A stretch of 64,000 bases of DNA from Alphaproteobacteria bacterium (GTDB lineage Bacteria; Pseudomonadota; Alphaproteobacteria; GCA-2731375). The translations under genes and the position numbers were made by a program. The notes under the pieces were generated by a model, which saw nothing but the letters and a program-made list of their open reading frames with translations, did not search any database and was not told the origin of the DNA. The stretch covers positions 288,001-352,000 of the forward strand of contig CBDDPY010000002.1 of assembly GCA_965232515.1 (NCBI GenBank), written 5' to 3'. Of this stretch, positions 47,864 to 57,483 are shown piece after piece; positions within the stretch are counted from its first letter, which is position 1, and every line of letters starts with the position of its first letter.

Positions 47864-49264
47864 TCAGGCCCCCAGCTTGCGCACATCGGCGATATGGCCG
47901 CTGACGGCGGCGGCCGCCGCCATCGCCGGGCTGGCGAGATGCGTACGGCTGCCAGGCCCCTGCCGACCGACGAAGTTGCGGTTCGAGGTCGAGATACAGC
48001 GCGCGCCCGGCGCCACCCGGTCGCCGTTCGCCGCCACGCACATGGAGCAGCCCGGCGCCCGCCATTCGAAGCCGCTGTCCAGGAAGACCTTGTCCAACCC
48101 CTCGGCCTCGGCGGCGCGCTTCACTGCCTCGCTGCCCGGCACCACCCAGGCCTCGACGTGCTCGGCGACCTTGCGGCCCTTGGCAACGCGGGCGGCGTCG
48201 CGCAAATCGCTGATCCGGCTGTTCGTGCAGGAGCCGATGAAGACCCGGTCGACCTTGACGCCCTCGATCGGTGTCCCGGGCGTCAGATCCATATAGTCGA
48301 GGGCGGCTTCGATCGCCGGCCGCCGGTCCGGCGCCGCCGTCGCGGGATCGGGGATGCGTCCGTCGACCGGCAGCACGTCCTGCGGGCTGTTGCCCCAGGT
48401 GATCTGCGGCCTGACGGCGGCGGCGTCGATCGTCACTTCCCGGTCGAACACGGCATCGTCGTCGCTCGGCAGTTTGCGCCAGTCGGCCACGGCCCGGTCC
48501 CACAGGGCGCCCGTCGGCGCGAAACGCCGGCCCGCCAGGTATTCGAACGTGCTGTCATCAGGCGCCATCATGCCGATCTTGGCGCCGAACTCGATCGACA
48601 GGTTGCAGATCGTCAGGCGGCCTTCGATCGGCATCTGCCGGATGGCCGAGCCGGCATATTCGATGGCGTAGCCGACGCCGGCCGCGGCGCCGATCTCGCC
48701 GATCAGATACAGCACCAGGTCCTTGGCCGAGACGTGATCGTCGAGGCGGCCATCGAGCGTGATGCGCATGCGTTTCGGCCGCCGTTGCAGGATGGTCTGC
48801 GTCGCCAGGACGTGCGCCACCTCGCTCGAGCCGATGCCCCAGGACAGCGCGCCCAGACCGCCATGCGTACAGGTATGGCTGTCGCCGCAGAGCAGCAGGA
48901 CGCCGGGCAGCGTGATGCCCATCTCCGGACCGATCACATGCACGATGCCCTGGCCATCCTGTTCCAGGTCGAACAGCCGGATGCCGCAGGCCGCGCAGCT
49001 TTCGCGCAGCCCGTTGACGAGTTTCTTGCCGGCATAGTCTTCCAGGCCGGCGCGGCCGGGCTCGGTCGAAACCGCGTGATCCGGCGTCGCGAAACAGAGC
49101 TCGGGGTTGGCGACCTTGAGATTGCGCTGTCGCAGGTCCAGCAGGCCGCGGCCGCCGCTCAGGTCATGCAGCAGGTGTCGGTCGACATGCAGCAGATACT
49201 GGTCGTCGCCCAGATCGGCGATCACATGGGCATCCCAAACCTTATCGAACAACGACCGACCCAT
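47864..49264 (-). CDS. leuC: 3-isopropylmalate dehydratase large subunit-like (divergent paralog)
   Basis: 'QGIVHVIGPE', 'CGDSHTCTHG', 'FIGSCTNSR', 'GCSMC', 'STSNRNF'. Confidence 0.87.
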   Translation of the reverse strand: MGRSLFDKVWDAHVIADLGDDQYLLHVDRHLLHDLSGGRGLLDLRQRNLKVANPELCFATPDHAVSTEPGRAGLEDYAGKKLVNGLRESCAACGIRLFDLEQDGQGIVHVIGPEMGITLPGVLLLCGDSHTCTHGGLGALSWGIGSSEVAHVLATQTILQRRPKRMRITLDGRLDDHVSAKDLVLYLIGEIGAAAGVGYAIEYAGSAIRQMPIEGRLTICNLSIEFGAKIGMMAPDDSTFEYLAGRRFAPTGALWDRAVADWRKLPSDDDAVFDREVTIDAAAVRPQITWGNSPQDVLPVDGRIPDPATAAPDRRPAIEAALDYMDLTPGTPIEGVKVDRVFIGSCTNSRISDLRDAARVAKGRKVAEHVEAWVVPGSEAVKRAAEAEGLDKVFLDSGFEWRAPGCSMCVAANGDRVAPGARCISTSNRNFVGRQGPGSRTHLASPAMAAAAAVSGHIADVRKLGA

Positions 49265-49409
49265 CGTCCGGCATCTCCTCGCAATCCTTGATTTGCCGAA
49301 GCTTAGCACGCCGTTTGCGTATTTCTACGCAAGGGGAAGTCCGGATTCCGGCGCCGATGGCGCTTGCTTAAGTAGTTGGGCAACAAAGACCCAATCGGAG
49401 GCGCGGGCA

Positions 49410-49595
49410 ATGGAACTGCAGGAAATCCAGATTGCGACACCGGGCGGCGAGACGCTTTTCGCCGATCGCCAGGGTGAACTGCGCAAGCGGCGCCGCAAGC
49501 TTCGGCACGAGATGCTGGCGCTGAACAATGCGCTCGCCCGCGTGCAGAACGATTTGGCCCGCGTCGAGAACGAGTTGGGCGCGTATCCGCGTTAA
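49410..49595 (+). CDS. Small coiled-coil protein (61 aa)
   Basis: GGAG RBS; heptad-like 'LRKRRRKLRHEMLALNNALARVQNDLARVENEL'. Confidence 0.55.
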   Translation: MELQEIQIATPGGETLFADRQGELRKRRRKLRHEMLALNNALARVQNDLARVENELGAYPR

Positions 49596-49695
49596 CCAAT
49601 GGGACGCGACTGTGACCAAACCCGGTCACAGCGTGATTTCTGGTCAATTCGACTGTGCCGCCGTCAGGCTTGAACAACGTCAAGAACAACGAACC

Positions 49696-50280
49696 ATGAA
49701 ACTGCTTCGTCGCATCGGGGTCATCGCAGCGCTGCTTTTCGCCAGCAGCGCACTGGCCGATTCCCATCCGCACGACGCGGCTGGCTTCGTTTCGTCGTTC
49801 GGCAGCAAGGCGGAGACCATCCTCAAGGCGGCCGAGCTGTCCGATGGCGAGCGTGACGCCCGCCTGCGTCTGCTGCTCACCGACTCCATCGATTTGCAAC
49901 GCCTCAGCCGTTTCGCGCTCGGCCGGTTCTGGGATCGCGCCACGCCCAACCAGAAAGCCGACTACCAGGCGTTGTTCTCGAACTTCGTCGTCAGCACCTA
50001 TGTCGACCTGCTGGCCTCCCAGGACGCCCAGAAGTTCGACGTGCTGGGCATGCGGCCACAGCCCGGGGCCGATGCGCTGGTGAAAACGCGCATCGAACGG
50101 CCGTCGGGCGAGGTGATCGACGCCGATTGGCATATCGGCCGCAACGGCGCCGGCTACCGGGTCTACGACATCACCACCGATGGCATCAGCATGGCCGAGA
50201 CCTACCGCTCGGCCGTCAGCTCCGTTGTCGCCGTTGGCGGCATGCCATCGCTGCTGGCCGTGCTGCGCGCACGGCAGTAG
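49696..50280 (+). CDS. MlaC/Ttg2D family periplasmic phospholipid-binding protein
   Basis: Signal peptide ending ALA; 'IDLQRLSRFALGRFWDRATPNQ..Y..LF', 'YRVYDI..DGISM..TYRS'. Confidence 0.85.
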   Translation: MKLLRRIGVIAALLFASSALADSHPHDAAGFVSSFGSKAETILKAAELSDGERDARLRLLLTDSIDLQRLSRFALGRFWDRATPNQKADYQALFSNFVVSTYVDLLASQDAQKFDVLGMRPQPGADALVKTRIERPSGEVIDADWHIGRNGAGYRVYDITTDGISMAETYRSAVSSVVAVGGMPSLLAVLRARQ

Positions 50281-50471
50281 CGCTTTAACGCCGATCTCAA
50301 CGACAAGAATCAAGAGGGCATCAGCGGCGTACGACGGCAGTTTCCGGCGGGAGTGATCCTCTCTGCATTCCCGCCGGGGCTGTCTTTTGCAGTCTGTCCA
50401 ACAATTCCGACAACAATTGCGGCTAGACTGGGCCGATGGTGGGTCGCCGATCGCGCAAGGGGAGGCATGTC

Positions 50472-51653
50472 ATGCGGCGCCGGTTTCACGTTACGATCGT
50501 TTCCACCTGCCTGGTGGGGTTTCTGGCGCCGGCGTCACTGTCGGCGCAAGGCAACCTGGGCGATCTTCTGCAAAAGCAATTGAAAGGCGCGCCGGGCGAC
50601 GCGGATGACGGCGCCAAGGGCGGCTTCGACCTGCAGGCGCTGCAGTCGCAGATCCAGCAGCTTCAACGGCAATTGACGGCGAGCGAAGGCGAAGTTGGCA
50701 GGCTCAATGGCGATGTTTCGAGCCTGACGGGCGCGCTCGATCGGTCGAAGGCCGAAAACCAATCGCTGACCGGCTTGCTCGGCCAGAAGGACGGCGAGCT
50801 GTCGGCGAGCCTCGGCCGCATCGGCGACCTGTCCAAGGCGCTCGACGCCAGCGAGTCCGAGAACGTCTCGTTGATCGATCAAATCGGCCTGAAGGACAAC
50901 GAGCTGTCCGCCAGCCTCGGCCGCATTGCCGACCTGCGCGATCAGCTGACGACGGCCTCCGCGGCGCTGGCGGCGAGCGAAGCTGAAAACGGCGGTTTGC
51001 TGGCGCGGTTGACGGCGGCGCAGGATGCGTTGGCCAGCCGGGAAGGCGAGATGTCGGGCCTGTCCGCCCAGATCGCGCAATTGACGGACAGCGTTGCCGG
51101 CAGCGAAACCAAGATCGGCGGATTGCTCGCCGATCTCGAGAGCATGCGGTCGCAGCTCGCCAGCCGCGCGGCCGATGTTGTCCGGCTGACGGACAGCCTG
51201 CGGTCGAGCGAGCAATCCGGCCTGCGGTTGAGCGAGAAGCTCGCCGCCGCCACGGCCGCGCTCGGCGAGCGTGACCGGGCATTGGCGGATGCCGGTGGCG
51301 AGAAGGCGGTTCTGATCCGCCAGCTGGCGGCGGCCGACACTGTTGTGCAGACCTGGGAAGCCAAGCTGACGGATGCGGACGCTGCCCTGGAAGAGCGCGA
51401 CCGCACCATCGTCGAACGGACCTCGCAGCTGGCGGCGGCCGAAACGGCGCTGTCCCAATCGGAGGCCGAGCTGGCCGCCGCGTTGACCGATCTGGAACGA
51501 ACGCAGACCGAGCGTCAGGACCTTTCGGACCTGAACGGCCGGCAGGCGGCACGGGTCGAAACGCTGACGCTGCAGCGAAACTTCGGGTTCGGCCTCTTTG
51601 TGCTCAGCTTGATCGGCATGTTCTTCTTCTGGCGCCGCGGCAGGTCGGTCTGA
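50472..51653 (+). CDS. Exported coiled-coil protein with a C-terminal membrane anchor
   Basis: GGAGG RBS; signal peptide; long heptad region with a 35-aa tandem repeat; ends 'FGFGLFVLSLIGMFFFWRRGRSV'. Confidence 0.75.
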   Translation: MRRRFHVTIVSTCLVGFLAPASLSAQGNLGDLLQKQLKGAPGDADDGAKGGFDLQALQSQIQQLQRQLTASEGEVGRLNGDVSSLTGALDRSKAENQSLTGLLGQKDGELSASLGRIGDLSKALDASESENVSLIDQIGLKDNELSASLGRIADLRDQLTTASAALAASEAENGGLLARLTAAQDALASREGEMSGLSAQIAQLTDSVAGSETKIGGLLADLESMRSQLASRAADVVRLTDSLRSSEQSGLRLSEKLAAATAALGERDRALADAGGEKAVLIRQLAAADTVVQTWEAKLTDADAALEERDRTIVERTSQLAAAETALSQSEAELAAALTDLERTQTERQDLSDLNGRQAARVETLTLQRNFGFGLFVLSLIGMFFFWRRGRSV

Positions 51654-51744
51654 AGGCGCGATTGACGGAAAGCTCGCGACCGTTCACGAAAGGCAGGCTA
51701 CACTGGCCTCACGACGTCGGACATCCGCCAATCGGGAGGTCCCC

Positions 51745-53070
51745 GTGATGCAACGGCTGCTCAGATCCCTCTCGTCCATCTGCGTTGTCGCGCTGGTCGT
51801 GCCGCTTCTCGCCTGTGCCCAGGACGGCGTTGGCGAGGCCTGGCAAACCAGGACCAAGCCCGTCGAAGACCCCGTCAAAACGGCCATGCAGCGGCAGTTG
51901 CGAGACCTGCAGCATCGGTTGCAAGAGAGCCGCGTCGAGACCGCGAAAGCCCGACGGGACGCCAAGACTCTGGCCACGTCGCTCAGAGCCTCCAACATCG
52001 ACAACGAAACCCTGCGCGAAACCCTGCGCGCGGCGAAAGCCGATCTCAAGGCCGAGCGGGCGCGCAATGCGGCGCTGGCGGCGCGCATCGACGGCGAGAC
52101 GGCCGCCGATGACACGGCCGCGCGGCGCCATGCCGCCCTGTCGTCCCGCCTTGAAAAGGCAACTGTCGAGATCGAGGGCTTGACCGGTGAAATCGCTGAG
52201 CTGCGGACGACGATCAAGGACGGCGAAACGCGGATCGACAATCAGCAGGCGCGGCTGGTCGAGACGCGGGCTCAGCTCGACCAGCGGACGGCCGATGTGG
52301 ACGCCCTTCGCGCGGCGCTGAACGACAGCCGGGAGGAGGCCGACGGGCTGCTGCAGGCCCGTTGGGCCGACGCCAATACGATCGCCGAGCTACGGGCAAA
52401 GCTGTTGGCGGCGGACAAGGACCTGGCCGCGCGGAAGACCGAGATCGAACGTCAGGCCGCGGTTCTGGAGGAACGTCGGGCCACGCTGTCGGCCGATCGC
52501 GCCGAAATCGCCGAGCTGTCGTCGCGCATCGAGCCGCTGGAGGCCAAGATCGTACGGTTGGCCGACGCCGTCACCGCCAGCGAGCAGACCAACGCCCGGC
52601 TCTCGGCCGCCCTGGCGACGGCGAACGACCGGCTGGCGGAGAAATCGGCCGAGGTGGATCGGCTCAACGCCGCGGTCGCCGACTTGAGGACGAGCCGGCA
52701 GGACAGCGCCGACAAGGCGCAGCGCCTGGCGCGCGAGACGGGCGCGTTGACCGCCGCATTGAATTCCAGGGACGCCGATTTCGTCAGCCTGAATGACGAG
52801 GTGGCGATGCTGTCGCAGGAACTGGCGGCGGCCGCCGGCGCGAAGCTGCAGGTCGAAGATCGCCTGCAAACGATGAATGCGGAGATCGCGCGTCTGCGTG
52901 CCGCGCTCGCGGACCGCGAGGCCGCGCTCGATGCGCGCGATGGCCAACTCGTGCTGCTGAATGACGAGGTCGCCGCGCTGTCGCGGGAGTTGGCGCGGGC
53001 GACGTTGGAGATCGAGCGCCTGCGCGCGCTCGAGACGCAGGCCGCCATTGCGGGGCGCGCGGATGGTTAG
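51745..53070 (+). CDS. Exported long coiled-coil protein
   Basis: GGGAGG RBS; signal 'ICVVALVVPLLACA'; about 400 aa of A/L/E/R heptads. Confidence 0.75.
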   Translation: MMQRLLRSLSSICVVALVVPLLACAQDGVGEAWQTRTKPVEDPVKTAMQRQLRDLQHRLQESRVETAKARRDAKTLATSLRASNIDNETLRETLRAAKADLKAERARNAALAARIDGETAADDTAARRHAALSSRLEKATVEIEGLTGEIAELRTTIKDGETRIDNQQARLVETRAQLDQRTADVDALRAALNDSREEADGLLQARWADANTIAELRAKLLAADKDLAARKTEIERQAAVLEERRATLSADRAEIAELSSRIEPLEAKIVRLADAVTASEQTNARLSAALATANDRLAEKSAEVDRLNAAVADLRTSRQDSADKAQRLARETGALTAALNSRDADFVSLNDEVAMLSQELAAAAGAKLQVEDRLQTMNAEIARLRAALADREAALDARDGQLVLLNDEVAALSRELARATLEIERLRALETQAAIAGRADG

Positions 53071-53137
53071 ATTGGACCGCCATTCCCGGCGGATCGGGGC
53101 GGGCGGTCGCGGTTGAGTATGGTTGAAGGGAGCGGAC

Positions 53138-54178
53138 ATGAAACTCGGTCTTTTTCTCGGCTATTCCGGCGCGCATATGGATCTGCCGGTGGCGCGCGTC
53201 CAGCGGGCCGAGGAGCTTGGCTACGACTCGGTCTGGACGGCCGAGGCCTATGGCTCTGATGCGATCACGCCGCTCGCCTATCTCGCTGCCAAGACCGAGC
53301 GTATCCGCCTTTGCACCGCGATCATGCAGCTCGCCGCCCGCACGCCGGCGAATGCGGCCATGTCGGCTGCCACCATCGACGCCATGGCCGGCGGCGGCCG
53401 CTTCATCGCCGGCATCGGCGTCTCCGGCCCGCAGATCGTCGAGGGCTGGTACGGCCAGCCCTGGGGCAAGCCCTATTGGCGCATCAAGGACTATGTCGCC
53501 ATCATGCGCAAGATCTGGGCGCGCGAGACGCCCGTCACCCATGACGGCCGCGAGATCTCGCTGCCTTATGCGGGCGAGGGCGCGCTCGGCGTCGGCAAGC
53601 CGTTGAAGTCGATCCTGCACATGAACCCGGACATTCCGATCTTCCTCGGCACCGGCAATGAAGCGACCGTGCGCCTGACCGGGGAGATCGCCGACGGCTG
53701 GCTGCCGCTCGGTTTTGTGCCCGGCACGCTGCCGGAATACCTGCCCTGGCTCGAGGAAGGCTTCAAACGGGCCGGCAATGGCAAGTCGCTCGCCGACTTC
53801 GAGATCTTCCCCAACGCCCATGTCGAGGTGAACGACGATGTCGGCGCGGCGTTGAAGAGGTTGAAGCCTGAGACCGCGCTCTACGTCGGCGGCATGGGCC
53901 ATCGCGACAAGAACTTCCACAAGGACATGCTGATCCGGCGCGGCTACGGCGATGCCGCCGAGCGCATCCAGGAGCTCTATCTCGCCGGCCGCAAGGACGA
54001 GGCCGCCGACGCCGTGCCCGACGAATGGGTCGACACCAAGTCGCTGGTCGGCCCGCCGGCCCGCATCATCGAGCGCTTCCGCGCCTGGGCCGATTCCGGC
54101 ATCACCGGCTTCGGCGTCCGCACCCAGCAGGACGAAGCCGTCGAGGTCATGGCCAAGGCGGTGCGGCTGAACAGCTAG
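53138..54178 (+). CDS. LLM-class (luciferase-like), probably F420-dependent oxidoreductase
   Basis: 'AEELGYDSVWTAEAYGSDA', 'GVSGPQIVEGWYG', 'YVGGMG...NFH'. Confidence 0.88.
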   Translation: MKLGLFLGYSGAHMDLPVARVQRAEELGYDSVWTAEAYGSDAITPLAYLAAKTERIRLCTAIMQLAARTPANAAMSAATIDAMAGGGRFIAGIGVSGPQIVEGWYGQPWGKPYWRIKDYVAIMRKIWARETPVTHDGREISLPYAGEGALGVGKPLKSILHMNPDIPIFLGTGNEATVRLTGEIADGWLPLGFVPGTLPEYLPWLEEGFKRAGNGKSLADFEIFPNAHVEVNDDVGAALKRLKPETALYVGGMGHRDKNFHKDMLIRRGYGDAAERIQELYLAGRKDEAADAVPDEWVDTKSLVGPPARIIERFRAWADSGITGFGVRTQQDEAVEVMAKAVRLNS

Positions 54179-54203
54179 GGCTGTCGGCGGTCATACCGCG
54201 CGA

Positions 54204-54950
54204 TCACGCCTGCGCGCGTCGCCGCTGACGGGCGCGGCGGGCGAGGATGTTCAGGCCTTCGACCAGGGCCGAGAAAGCCATGGCGAAATAGATGTAGCCC
54301 TTGGGCACATGCACCCCGAAGCCCTCGGCGATCAGCATGGTGCCGATCAGCAACAGGAAACTGAGGGCCAGCATCACCACGGTCGGATTGGCGTTGACGA
54401 ACCTGCCCAGCGGATCAGCCGCCAGCAGCATCGCGGCGACAGCGGCAATCACGGCGATTACCATGATCGGCACATGCGGCGTCATGCCGACCGCGGTGAT
54501 GATGCTGTCGATCGAGAACACCAGATCGAGCGCCAGGATCTGCGCCACGATAGCGCCAAAGCTGACGGCGGCGGCACCCGGCGCGAACACGGTCGGGCCG
54601 GGATCGGGATCGACGCTGTGATGGATCTCCTTGGTCGCCTTCCAGACCAGGAACAGGCCGCCGGCGATCAAGATCAGATCGCGCCATGACAGGCCGAGAT
54701 CGAAGATGAAGAACACCGGCTGGGTCAGCTGGATGATGAAAGCCACCGTGGTCAACAGACCGAGCCGCAAGACCAACGCGCCGCCGATGCCGACGCGCCG
54801 CGCCCGCGAACGCTGCGCCTCGGGCAGCTTGTTGGTCAGGATCGAGATGAAGATCAAATTGTCGATCCCCAGCACGATCTCCATCACCACCAGTGTCGCG
54901 AGCGCGACCCAGGCGGCGGGATCGGTCACAAGTATCGCAAGGCTTTCCAC
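54204..54950 (-). CDS. TerC family membrane protein
   Basis: 'EIVLGIDN', '[14 protein letters not shown]', '[11 protein letters not shown]'. Confidence 0.92.
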   Translation of the reverse strand: MESLAILVTDPAAWVALATLVVMEIVLGIDNLIFISILTNKLPEAQRSRARRVGIGGALVLRLGLLTTVAFIIQLTQPVFFIFDLGLSWRDLILIAGGLFLVWKATKEIHHSVDPDPGPTVFAPGAAAVSFGAIVAQILALDLVFSIDSIITAVGMTPHVPIMVIAVIAAVAAMLLAADPLGRFVNANPTVVMLALSFLLLIGTMLIAEGFGVHVPKGYIYFAMAFSALVEGLNILARRARQRRRAQA

Positions 54951-55162
54951 GGTCGATGCCCTCCTGAACCTTCATCGTTGTTGATCGGCGTCCCGATCCG
55001 CGGTCGGGTGCGCGAACGGCATAGTTGTACATCGCCGACGATACCGGCCGATGACTGTTTTGACCCTATGCTCGACCCGCGTTACGACAATCCACTTACG
55101 TCAAGCCGTGACGGCTTGGATGTAACGTCCGCCGCTTGGGCTGGTCGCCATGGGAGTTGTCG

Positions 55163-56137
55163 ATGCCAAAGCAGGAAGGGTTGATCTACGCCTATCGTCT
55201 GGACGGGCAGGGGGGTGGGCAGCCGCTCGACTGGCACGCGTTGCAAGTTACCGACGCGATGCGGGGCGTGCTGTGGGTGCATCTGTATCGCGACGATGAC
55301 GCGGCGCAGCGCTGGCTCACAGAAGCAAGCGGCGTCGACGCGCTGGTCTCTGACGCGCTGCTGGCCGAGGAGACGCGGCCGCGCTGCACCAATCTCGATC
55401 AGGGCGTTCTGCTGAACCTGCGCGGCGTCAACCTGAACCCCGATGCCGATCCCGAGGACATGGTCTCGATCCGCCTATGGATCGAGGCCGACTGCATCAT
55501 CAGCGTGCGCATGCGCCGGCTGCTGGCGGTCGAGGATATGCACGAGGCGATCGCTGCCGGCCGGGGTCCGAAAAACGTCGGCGACTTCGTCGTCGATCTC
55601 GCTGACAAGCTGATCGAACGCATGGAGCCGGTGATCGGCGAACTCGACGACGACGTCGACCGGCTCGAGGACAACGTGGTGACCTCTGCCAGCCAGGATC
55701 TGCGCGGGCAACTGGCCAGCCTGCGGCGACGGGCCATCCTGCTGCGCCGTTACATCGCGCCGCAGCGCGAGGCGTTGTCGCGTCTGATTGCGGAGAATGT
55801 GGACTGGCTCGACCAGTGGCAGCGCGGCCGGCTGCGCGAGGTTGCCGATCGCGTCACCCGCTACGTCGAGGACCTGGATGCGGCGCGCGAGCGGGCGGCC
55901 GTGATCCACGACGAACTGACCGGCCGGCTCGCCGAGCAGATGAACCGGACCATGTACGTACTGTCCGTCGTGGCCGCGATCTTCCTGCCGCTCGGCTTGG
56001 TGACCGGCCTGCTCGGCATCAATGTCGGCGGCATTCCCGGCGTCGACAGCCCCTGGGCTTTCGCCGCCGTCACCGCCGGCCTGGTCTTGTTCGGCCTGAT
56101 CGAGCTCTGGCTATTCCGCCGCTTGAAGTGGCTTTAG
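55163..56137 (+). CDS. zntB: Zinc transporter ZntB (CorA family)
   Basis: 'AEETRPR', 'LRGVNLNP.ADPEDMVSIR', 'RRYIAPQREA', 'GLLGINVGGIPG' (GIN motif). Confidence 0.88.
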   Translation: MPKQEGLIYAYRLDGQGGGQPLDWHALQVTDAMRGVLWVHLYRDDDAAQRWLTEASGVDALVSDALLAEETRPRCTNLDQGVLLNLRGVNLNPDADPEDMVSIRLWIEADCIISVRMRRLLAVEDMHEAIAAGRGPKNVGDFVVDLADKLIERMEPVIGELDDDVDRLEDNVVTSASQDLRGQLASLRRRAILLRRYIAPQREALSRLIAENVDWLDQWQRGRLREVADRVTRYVEDLDAARERAAVIHDELTGRLAEQMNRTMYVLSVVAAIFLPLGLVTGLLGINVGGIPGVDSPWAFAAVTAGLVLFGLIELWLFRRLKWL

Positions 56138-56146
56138 CCGGTCCGG

Positions 56147-57259
56147 TCAGCAGACGCCGGCCGCGATCAGGCGGTCGATGCGCTCGAGGATGGCCGGGCC
56201 GTTCAGTACCAGGCGGATCAGATCGGCCTGCCGGCCCACGCCGGTCTTGGCAAAGATCGCCCGCAGGTGGCTGCGAACGGTTTCCCGCGATACGCCGAGT
56301 GACCGCGCGCAGACGTCCAGCGTGTCGCCGGCGACCAGCCGGTCCAGCACCCGCGCTTCGGCTTCGGTCAGGCCATAGAGCGCCTGCAGCGCCGGGATCG
56401 ACAGTGCTGGCGTGGCGTCGGCCGGCGCCAGCATCACGGCGGCGACCGGCGCCGGATCCTCGCCCCATGCGCTTGGCGGCGCCATCAGCTCGGCGCGGAT
56501 CTGCAGGCAGGCATCGCCTGTCCGTTCCAGCATCGACAGATAGCTTCGCGTGCCGGTGGTTCGCCAGTGATCGAACGCGGCGGCGGCAATGCGCCTGGTC
56601 AACGTGGTGCCCATCGCGTTGATCGGGCCGACGATCTTCCGCGCGGCCCGGTTGCAGGCCAGAACGGCGCCGGATTCGGCCGCGATCAGCAGGCCTTGCG
56701 GCATCAGATCCAGTACCCACTCGATCCGCGCCAGCCGGCCATCCTCGGCCTTCGTGGCCGCCGCCAGACGGAACGCGCGCGACAGATGCGGCATCAGCCG
56801 TTCGTAGCAGCGGATCTCGTCGTCGACGAACGGTCCGGCGTGATGCGGGCGGAACAGCCGCAGGCCGAATATGCGTGCGCCGTCGTCATGCAGGAAGGCG
56901 CCGAGCGCATGCTCCGTGCCCAGCTTGGTATAGAGCTCACGGTAGGCACGGCTGTTCCGATAGGCATCGTAGTCGTCGATCATGGTATCGGTGCGCAGCG
57001 TGCCGACCGGGTGGCGCAGCAGGTCGTTCAGCCGCAGGTCGTCCTCCCGCAGGTCTTCGACGTAGAGGCGGCGGTAGTCCTGGGCCAAACCGTTTTCGTC
57101 GGAAAACCGCAGTTCGCCGGTCCGCTGATCGTTGATCACCAGCACGCCGCTCTCGGCGCCGCATTGCCGGCAGATATCGGCCACCACAGACGCCCAGCTA
57201 TCGCTGCCGAGCCCAGCGTCGTAGATCCTGTCGATCACCGTTTCCAGGGCTTGCCCCAT
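56147..57259 (-). CDS. Sensor-domain plus LuxR-type HTH transcriptional regulator
   Basis: C-terminal 'YGLTEAEARV...GVSRETVRSHLRAIFAKTGVGRQADL'; divergent from the TRAP operon. Confidence 0.85.
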   Translation of the reverse strand: MGQALETVIDRIYDAGLGSDSWASVVADICRQCGAESGVLVINDQRTGELRFSDENGLAQDYRRLYVEDLREDDLRLNDLLRHPVGTLRTDTMIDDYDAYRNSRAYRELYTKLGTEHALGAFLHDDGARIFGLRLFRPHHAGPFVDDEIRCYERLMPHLSRAFRLAAATKAEDGRLARIEWVLDLMPQGLLIAAESGAVLACNRAARKIVGPINAMGTTLTRRIAAAAFDHWRTTGTRSYLSMLERTGDACLQIRAELMAPPSAWGEDPAPVAAVMLAPADATPALSIPALQALYGLTEAEARVLDRLVAGDTLDVCARSLGVSRETVRSHLRAIFAKTGVGRQADLIRLVLNGPAILERIDRLIAAGVC

Positions 57260-57483
57260 TGTCCCAAGACCTTTCCCGTGCCCCTTGTCGACCGCCGGTC
57301 CGGCAGGATTGCGAATAGTGCGTCGCATTTGTGGTCGGCGCAAGTAATACTACAGCAAAAATTTGTGAAATACCCTCCGGCCGGGTGATGCGGGCGGCCC
57401 GGACCGGTTGCTATCGTGGCGCGCGGTCTGCCGGCATGGCGGTCGCGGGGTGCCGAATAGAAAACGCTCAGGGGAGATATGGG

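Noticed and set aside
49304-49318. Sigma54-like TAGCACG-N4-TTGC
   Set aside because: Lacks the invariant GG at -24; better explained as the -10 region of the divergent leuC-like gene
50399-50418. Direct repeat CAACAATT x2 upstream of the coiled-coil gene
   Set aside because: Only two short copies 12 nt apart; too weak to assign to a regulator
54951-55100. yybP-ykoY (Mn) riboswitch expected upstream of terC
   Set aside because: No GGGGAGUA-type 5' motif seen on the minus strand; an Infernal search would settle it
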